From the NCBI GenBank assembly GCA_964016885.1, contig OZ024742.1:257796001-257860000 (forward strand): a stretch of DNA of 64,000 nt. Reading direction: 5' to 3'. Under the pieces are notes generated by a model, which did not search any database, was not told the origin of the DNA, and saw nothing but the letters and a program-made list of their open reading frames with translations. The stretch is from Eledone cirrhosa. Its lineage: Eukaryota. The stretch's first letter is position 1, and every line of letters begins with the position of its first letter. The position numbers and the translations under genes were made by a program. This document shows, piece after piece, positions 56,323-64,000 of this stretch.

Positions 56323-58820
56323 TGGGTCCTCGATATACAGTAGTTCTTTATCCGGTAAATTCACAGATACGGTTTGGGGTAATTATTACCATCAATTCTA
56401 TTTACGGTAAAAAAATTCACAGATACGGTTTTTGGTCGTGTTTTTTATATATTGTACCGTAGCTTCACCTGTAGTATGCAATAAATTCCCCTTGAATTCG
56501 TGGAAACTGACTGCTATTCAAATTCTAGGAAAATTGTGTTACTACTGTTATCGTACAAACTGACCTTACCGAGAAACTGGCCAATCACGAGGGAGTTCAG
56601 ATATCGGTCGATGGCGTCATAACTCTTAACTGATCACTTCAGTTCGGCAAACCAGCATGTCCTCTCAGTGAGAGAATTTTTACAGAACTGAAGTGATCAG
56701 TTAAGAGTTATGACGTCATTCAAAGTAAGAGAAAACCCGAGGGCGTGTTTTTTGAGCAAAATTATCACGGCATATCTTATAACCCCATATCCCATGGCCC
56801 CAAAACGTCCTGCGAATATTGCTGATGCAGATGGAAAAGCCAAACGCACGAGAAAAAGCCTGACTTTGGAGATAAAGCTGGATATTTTGAAAAGGAAGTA
56901 ACAGGGGCAAGGTACGTCCGCCATAAGACGTAACTTAGGCCTAGCGCAGTCTACAGTCTGGACTGTTTTAATAAATAGTGAGGCTGTCAAAAAGGCTGTG
57001 GAGAATGCTACGAGTCTACAAAGTAAATTGTTGACCAAACATGGTGAGCCGATTATGGATAGGATGGAAAGGTTGCTCAAAATTTAGATCGACGACTAAA
57101 ATCGTCAAAATATGCCTCTGTCTTTAAATGTAATCAGTGAGAAAGCATTGTCCATTATTGACAGGATCAAGGCTGAAATGTATGTGGAGGACTTTGTATT
57201 CAAGGCAACCAAAGGTTGGTTTGATAATTTCAAACGACGATCGAGTCTTCACAACATAAATGTTACAGGTGAGTCTGCCAGTTCCGACAAAGAGAGTGCT
57301 GAAAAAGTCAAGGCAGTGTTAGAGAAATGCATTGCCGAGAGGGGTACAGCAAAAAACAGGTTACTAATTATGAGGAAACAGGACTTTATTGGAAAAAGAT
57401 GACCAGTAATAATTATATTGACAAGGATGAGAAAAGTGCTAAGGGGTTCAAAGCTTCAAAGGACCGCGTTACTCTGTTACTTGGAGGGAATGCAGAAGGA
57501 GATTTAAAGCTAAAGCCCCTCATTATCTACCATTCTGAAACTCCAAGAGCACTCAAGGGGTTACTTAAGCAATACCTACCAGTGATATGGAAGTCTAATA
57601 AGAAGGCATGGCTGATCACTTCATTTCACCAGGATTTTTTCACCTCATATCTGTCACCAACCCTTAAGGAATATGCATTAGCTAACACAATTGTCAACCC
57701 CTTCCTGCTACTAGTAGAACACGCTCCCAGCCACCCACGGGCAATGGAAGACTGGTCAGAAAATATTGAGGTTTTGTTTCTCCCTCAAACACCACAGCTC
57801 TCATTCAGCCGATGGATCAAACAGTCATCAAAACATTGAAGGCATTCTACCAGCGGAGCACCATGCAGCAGCTGATAAAGGGCACAGATGGGCCTGGCAA
57901 GACCGCGATCAGGGAATGGTGGAAACTGTACAACATCAAGCACGACCTAGACAACATCAAGGCATCTTGGGAAGAAGTGAAGCAGTCTAACATGAACTTG
58001 GCCTAGAATAAATTATGGCCAGCATATGTGAATGACTTCCAAGGCTTTGCTGGGGACATTGGTGCGATAAAAAAAGATATTGTAAATCTCTGCCATAGAG
58101 CTGGCTTCGATGGTGTTAATGATGATGATGTGCAAGACCTTTTGGAAAGTCACGCTGAACCACTCTCCAATGATGAACTCGTAGAACTAGACAAGGCGAT
58201 ACAGCAGACAGAAAAAGAAGAAGAAGAGGAAGAAGAACTTGTGCGTGGCTTGGACATAAAAACTCTAAGACAATGTCTCGGGAGTATCGAAACAATCTTA
58301 GAAACCCTGAGGTAACGTGACCCCAACCCTGCTAGGAGCAGCAAAGCGGCTCCAGACGTCGAAAAAAGCGTCAAGATTTACCAAGAAATGTATGAAGCAA
58401 AATGAAACCGCCAAAAAGTCCACCATCTACTCTCTCTTCAAGCCAGTCACACATGTCAACCGTGCTACAGCTGGCCCTTCAGCATCCACTGCAGTCAACG
58501 AGTTTGTTGGTTTTGAACCTCCCACATCACCCTCATCCTGCCCTGCCAATTCAGCCCAAGGTGAGTAAGGGCTGAAACCCATACTGTCCCTTAGCCTCGG
58601 GAGGGAAAAATGAAGAGGCACATCATCTGATGGACTACGCAGCATGTGTAAAGTACAGTAAATAAAAAAAAACATTATTTATTTTCTGTAGGGATTACTT
58701 TTTCGATGTGCTGGAAGGCATCCCTATCTACTTCGTGTTATAATGGGTTCTTTATACGGTAATTCGATATACGGTAAGGGTTTCAGGAACGCATATATAC
58801 CGTATTTCGAGGACTCATTG
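56323..58820 (+). mobile_element. Tigger/pogo DNA transposon, near full length
   Basis: Left TIR TGGGTCCTCGATATACAGTA, right TIR TACCGTATTTCGAGGACTCATTG|TA; internal transposase pseudogene. Confidence 0.9.
56794..58568 (+). pseudogene. Tigger/pogo (CENP-B-like HTH plus DDE_1) transposase with stops and frameshifts
   Basis: MAPKR...RKSLTLEIKLDIL, FKATKGWFDNFKRR, NYEETGLYWK, GFKASKDRVTLLLGGNAEGDLKLKPL, WKSNKKAW, LLLVEHAPSHP, QPMDQTVIKTLKAFY. Confidence 0.9.
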
Positions 58821-58842
58821 TATATATATATATAAATGTGTG

Positions 58843-58901
<59 letters not shown>

Positions 58902-59050
58902 AATATATAAGCAAAAGGGATATTCAATTTGTTGGTAATTCAACAAATCTAAATATTTTTAATTGATTCAGAGCACACGACAGTTTTTTTCTGGAGTATA
59001 ATATTCAATGATATTAAATAAATGGAAACTATATTTATAAAACCATATTT

Positions 59051-59107
59051 ATTCTATTATTTATTTCAAGGTTACCAAAACTTTGGTACGCTCTCATCAG
59101 ATAAAAT
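59051..59107 (-). ncRNA. Type I hammerhead ribozyme (slightly decayed)
   Basis: ATTTTAT-CTGATGA-GAGCGTACCAAAG-TTTTGGTAACCTT-GAAATAAATA-ATAGAAT. Confidence 0.6.
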
Positions 59108-59215
59108 ACAAAATTTGTTTTATAAATATTGACATAACCAGGAAGAAGAACTTAACGGTTCAAGTTTCACGTTTTAATATCATTGTATATATACATATAT
59201 ATATACATATATATT

Positions 59216-59562
59216 AGTGGAGGCACATGGCTTAGTGTGTTAGATCATTGGCCTTGCAATCGAAAGGTTGTGAGTTCAATTCTCAGACCGGGTGATATGT
59301 TGTTTCCTTGAGCAAGACACTTTATTTCACATTGCTCCAGTTTACTCAGTAGAAATGAGATGATACGGACTGGGGTCCATATCATACCACTGCAAAGTGG
59401 TCGTTGAAGTGCCACGGCAAAAAAGCACCCAGCACTCACTGTAAATGAGGTTGGTATTAGGAAGGGCATCCAGCTGTAGAGATCAAGCCAGAATCAGTTC
59501 CCGTCCCACCCTTGCAAGCAGGGAAAAAGCGGACGCAAAATGAAATAATGATGAAATGATGA
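59216..59562 (+). mobile_element. tRNA-derived CORE-like SINE
   Basis: TGGCTTAGTG A-box, GAGTTCAATT B-box, TCCTTGAGCAAGACACTTTA core, GGAAGGGCATCCAGCTGTA segment, (ATG)n tail. Confidence 0.7.
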
Positions 59563-59657
59563 TATATGTATATATATATATATATATATACACACAGAAA
59601 CATATATATGCTGGCGGCATCCCGAATTTTACTTTATAATATTTGATTTGATTTTTA

Positions 59658-59692
<35 letters not shown>

Positions 59693-60638
59693 TGACATGC
59701 TACAGGACTAGAACTGTTTCATTCTTTAGAAAACATCAGGAATCCTATATTAAAACTTTTATACTCTGCAATGTATTGAGTACCTTACTTACTGTGGTTA
59801 CCACCGATTCAACCCGGAATAACGTATATATATATATATACATATATATATATACATATAATATTTAACATAACAAAGAGAGACACACACAGAAAAAAAA
59901 CGCACATGGCATTACCTCGGAAAATGTTTTTCCTTGAGCTATCTTAATTATAAGGGACTATTGTGAGTTTTTAACTCAATATGTACTTTTGATAAACTTA
60001 GCTACTGGAATTTTGTCGAGCTTTTTACTTCTCGTGTGATTTTGGCTGCTATATTTATTAGCCTTCGTTTTACAGGACACGCTATGTGCGTTTTACTCTA
60101 TCTCAAAACGAGCGCTTCATTTAGTCTCCAAAGAATTTTAGCAGTGGTGCGTGTACTAATGCTGTAGATCCAATGAAGAGCAATCGGATTAGTAACTCGA
60201 TCCACTTTGTGGCGAAACAGTCCTACCAAAGGCTGCCTGGATGTGTTGATCATTATCACGATTGGGTTTAGGTCCCAGGTGATTTGAAGGCATATATGTA
60301 TATATCTGTGTTTGTCTCTCCTTATTATATTAAATAATATTATAAGACTCGAAACACTTTTGAGCTATTTTAATTATAGGGGACTTGCCTATTTCTACAA
60401 GTACATAGTACCTGTTGAAGAATTCATCCACTTATTTAATTTTTCTCCTTATGTAGAGAACAAAACGTTGAATAATGCTGCTAATTTTAGTGGCAATATC
60501 AACATGTTTATAATATACAGCTATTATCAGCGACCTCATTTTGCGTGTGTGTCATTTTAACGGCTTGACCGCATGCGTTGGGCAGGAAGCGAAATATTTA
60601 CTTACTGTAGGGTTTGCAACCTTATAGTGTGGAAATAG

Positions 60639-60719
60639 GCTGTCTGAAGATTCATTTCTTTCCATTGGAAATTCTCTGGATTTCCAATCTTTTGGAATGA
60701 TGAAACCGTCGGTAACAGC
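60639..60719 (+). ncRNA. Type I hammerhead ribozyme within a 470-bp terminally redundant unit
   Basis: GCTGT-CTGAAGA-T-TCATTTC...ATTGGAAAT/ATTTCCAAT...GGAATGA-T-GAAACCG-T-CGGTA-ACAGC; GUA triplet. Direct repeats at 60390-60433 and 60860-60903. Confidence 0.85.
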
Positions 60720-60900
60720 AATAGAACAGGTGATTATTTAAATCGTTTTTTTAATTTATTTAGAGAATTGTTTGATAACCCCTTGCTCCGCTACTTTTTA
60801 TATTGTTCTGGTATCTCGAATTAGTACCATTGAACCACAAATATTATAAACAACCTGCATATTTCTACAAGTACTTAGTACCTGTTGAAGTATTCATCCA

Positions 60901-61018
<118 letters not shown>

Positions 61019-61380
61019 TTAATAATAATAAATTTCAAGACTAAACTCCAATAAATATATATATATATATATAACGGAGAAATTGTGGTAAGGAATCAGG
61101 TGGACTATAACACACTCGATACTTAGGGTAGTAGAGTGGGTAATAGGAAAAGTGTCAGTACCCCGACGGATGACCTCCAGCCGTTGCGACAGCAAGATCC
61201 GGATCTAGCTGTCGAAGCGGCCATAGCTCAGCCGTCGGGGTCCTGATTTTTTTCCTATATACAGTATATATATATAGTCTATACATATATATTGTATAAG
61301 ATATAATATGTGTCATATACAGTGTATGGTCGTATATAATATATGGCATATGTAGTCTCTCTCTCTCTATATATATATAT

Positions 61381-61566
61381 AATTGTTTCGACTTTTTGGC
61401 ACAAGGCGAGCAATTACCCAGTGCATTACTAGAACTTTATTTTATCGACCCCGCAAAGATGAAAGTAAAAATCAACCTAGTCGGGATTTGAACTCAGATC
61501 GTTAAGGGACGTAATTATGCTGGAAAGGATGGCATCTGACCCTCTACCGATACTGCCAATCCACCA
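61381..61566 (-). mobile_element. tRNA-derived SINE, near full length
   Basis: Same family as 50118-50305. Confidence 0.8.
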
Positions 61567-62342
61567 ATGTTTGACATATACAGTTTATGAAGCTATACAA
61601 GAACATTGCTTAAACAAAGAGGCAGATATAGGTGGCATATAAAGGGGAAAGAAAGATATATGTTTATAGTTGGGGGAAGCCAACAACAGAATATGACAGA
61701 ACGATACAGAGACAGACAGAGACCGACAGAGAATGTGGAACAGCTATAGACTTATAGAATTAAATAGAGGAAAACGATGAAAGCGAGGAATAATGTGAAA
61801 TAGAGGTGTAGGTGAGGATATTACACAATGAAATAAATATATCAAACAAGATTGCAAACGAGTTAACGGTTACGCAAGAACGCTTTGAAATATTTATGTA
61901 AAAGTTATTTGAATTAGAAGTATATTCTCTTTATAGTTTTATTTTTATTATTACACTTTTGGAGGGTCAGCCTGCCAATAAAAATAGACTAGTTGCGGTT
62001 CTCTTAGGATTTTATTAATAGTCAGGAAACTAATCCATTCGACGCTTGGTTTAGCAATGAAATGTTCATTTAATTTTCAAATCTCTTTCTTCACATATTC
62101 TGTAATATACTCAATGCTTATTTTATCCCACACTCTCTCCTCTTTACTTCGATTTCGCTCGACATACTCCAGCTTCTTTAATAATTGAAACCGAGGAGTG
62201 ATTTATTGGGAGGATAACGCTGCGAAACGATAACAAACAATATTTGTTACACAACACGTTTCCATGTAAATAATCATGCAAGGCAACTGCCTTCACTCTT
62301 GATCATGCAGGAGACAAAGTGTAGAAACAAGGCGTCGATTTC

Positions 62343-62381
<39 letters not shown>

Positions 62382-63265
62382 TGCACTGCCCGACTGTTCC
62401 TCACCCTCTTGACTGCTATCTCCTCTCTCTCTCTCGCATATTTTGTCCTGCCTTCTCCACCTCACGCCTTGATCTTCTTGACCACTTCCTGTTGCGCGCG
62501 CCCCACACATTTATACTTCCTCCTCACCAATTCCACGGATCCTACACCACTGTTCACACTCTCTGGGTATCCACCATTTCACACCCATATTTTCACCATC
62601 TGTCCACACACTACCCGGATAAACATTTGGGAACACACATACACACACACACTTACACCATTTTCACACACACGCAACTATAGATTCCCACATATCCACA
62701 CCACACAAATACACACACGTGCGTATCCTCACATACACCTAATATGCCTCCGGACTCCACACGCTCCCTCTCCCCCACCTCTTCCAATCCCTCTGCATCC
62801 ACACACACACACACGTACACACTGTACACACTGGTTTTCCTGATACATGAGCATGGAGCCCAATTCTCCCACAAACTCTTACACTTACATCCACGCATAC
62901 ACACACACACGTACACCTACACACATACACACACACCTCTTCCGGCATCCCCGATTGGACACCAAATATTCTTCTCACCTTTCCTCCTCCTCCGCGGCAG
63001 CCATCACCACCTCTACACGCCTCAAACCCTTTCACCAATTGTTTTCATTTTAATTTTCTTTCCTTCATTTTAATTTGTTTCACCCTTTAGGACTGCTCAT
63101 GGTTATACGTATAATCATGATGAGTCCGAGCTGGGGATCCGCTAAAGTGAAACAATTCTTCTAGGTATGGTGAACTAACTGTTGTGTTACCACATCTACC
63201 TAACTCGTCCCATGTGACTGAGTGCTCTACCACTACGTATATTACATTCCAGTCTTCCACCTCTC

Positions 63266-64000
<735 letters not shown>

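Noticed and set aside
59700-59760. CTGATGT...GAAAC motif on the minus strand in the repeat shared with 43387-43470
   Set aside because: A9 is absent and stem I is out of register; at best a decayed remnant.

Overview
This is AT-rich eukaryotic DNA, intergenic or intronic. The SINE types and the density of (TA)n/(CA)n tracts suggest an octopus-like cephalopod (inference). I found no host protein-coding gene I can support, and most ORF-track entries are microsatellite artefacts. The window is a mosaic of decayed mobile elements: two R4/Dong-type non-LTR retrotransposons with a restriction-like endonuclease stacked in (TAA)n; mariner and Tc1/maT remnants; an APE-type LINE with a decayed 2A-like motif and PHD fingers; several Penelope-like element (PLE) fragments with C-terminal GIY-YIG; a non-autonomous Helitron; a Tigger/pogo transposase pseudogene; and many tRNA-derived SINEs. 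The main hidden signal is non-coding. By eye I count roughly 25 type I hammerhead ribozyme (HHR) motifs or remnants (stem I, CUGANGA, stem II, GAAA, often palindromic stem III, NUH) from more than ten unrelated sequence families, on both strands. They lie in short cassettes within (TA)n tracts, as fold-back palindromes with outward-pointing HHRs or as retrozyme-like units with terminal redundancy, and some have non-canonical cores. All folds were read by eye, not computed, and ribozyme activity is untested.
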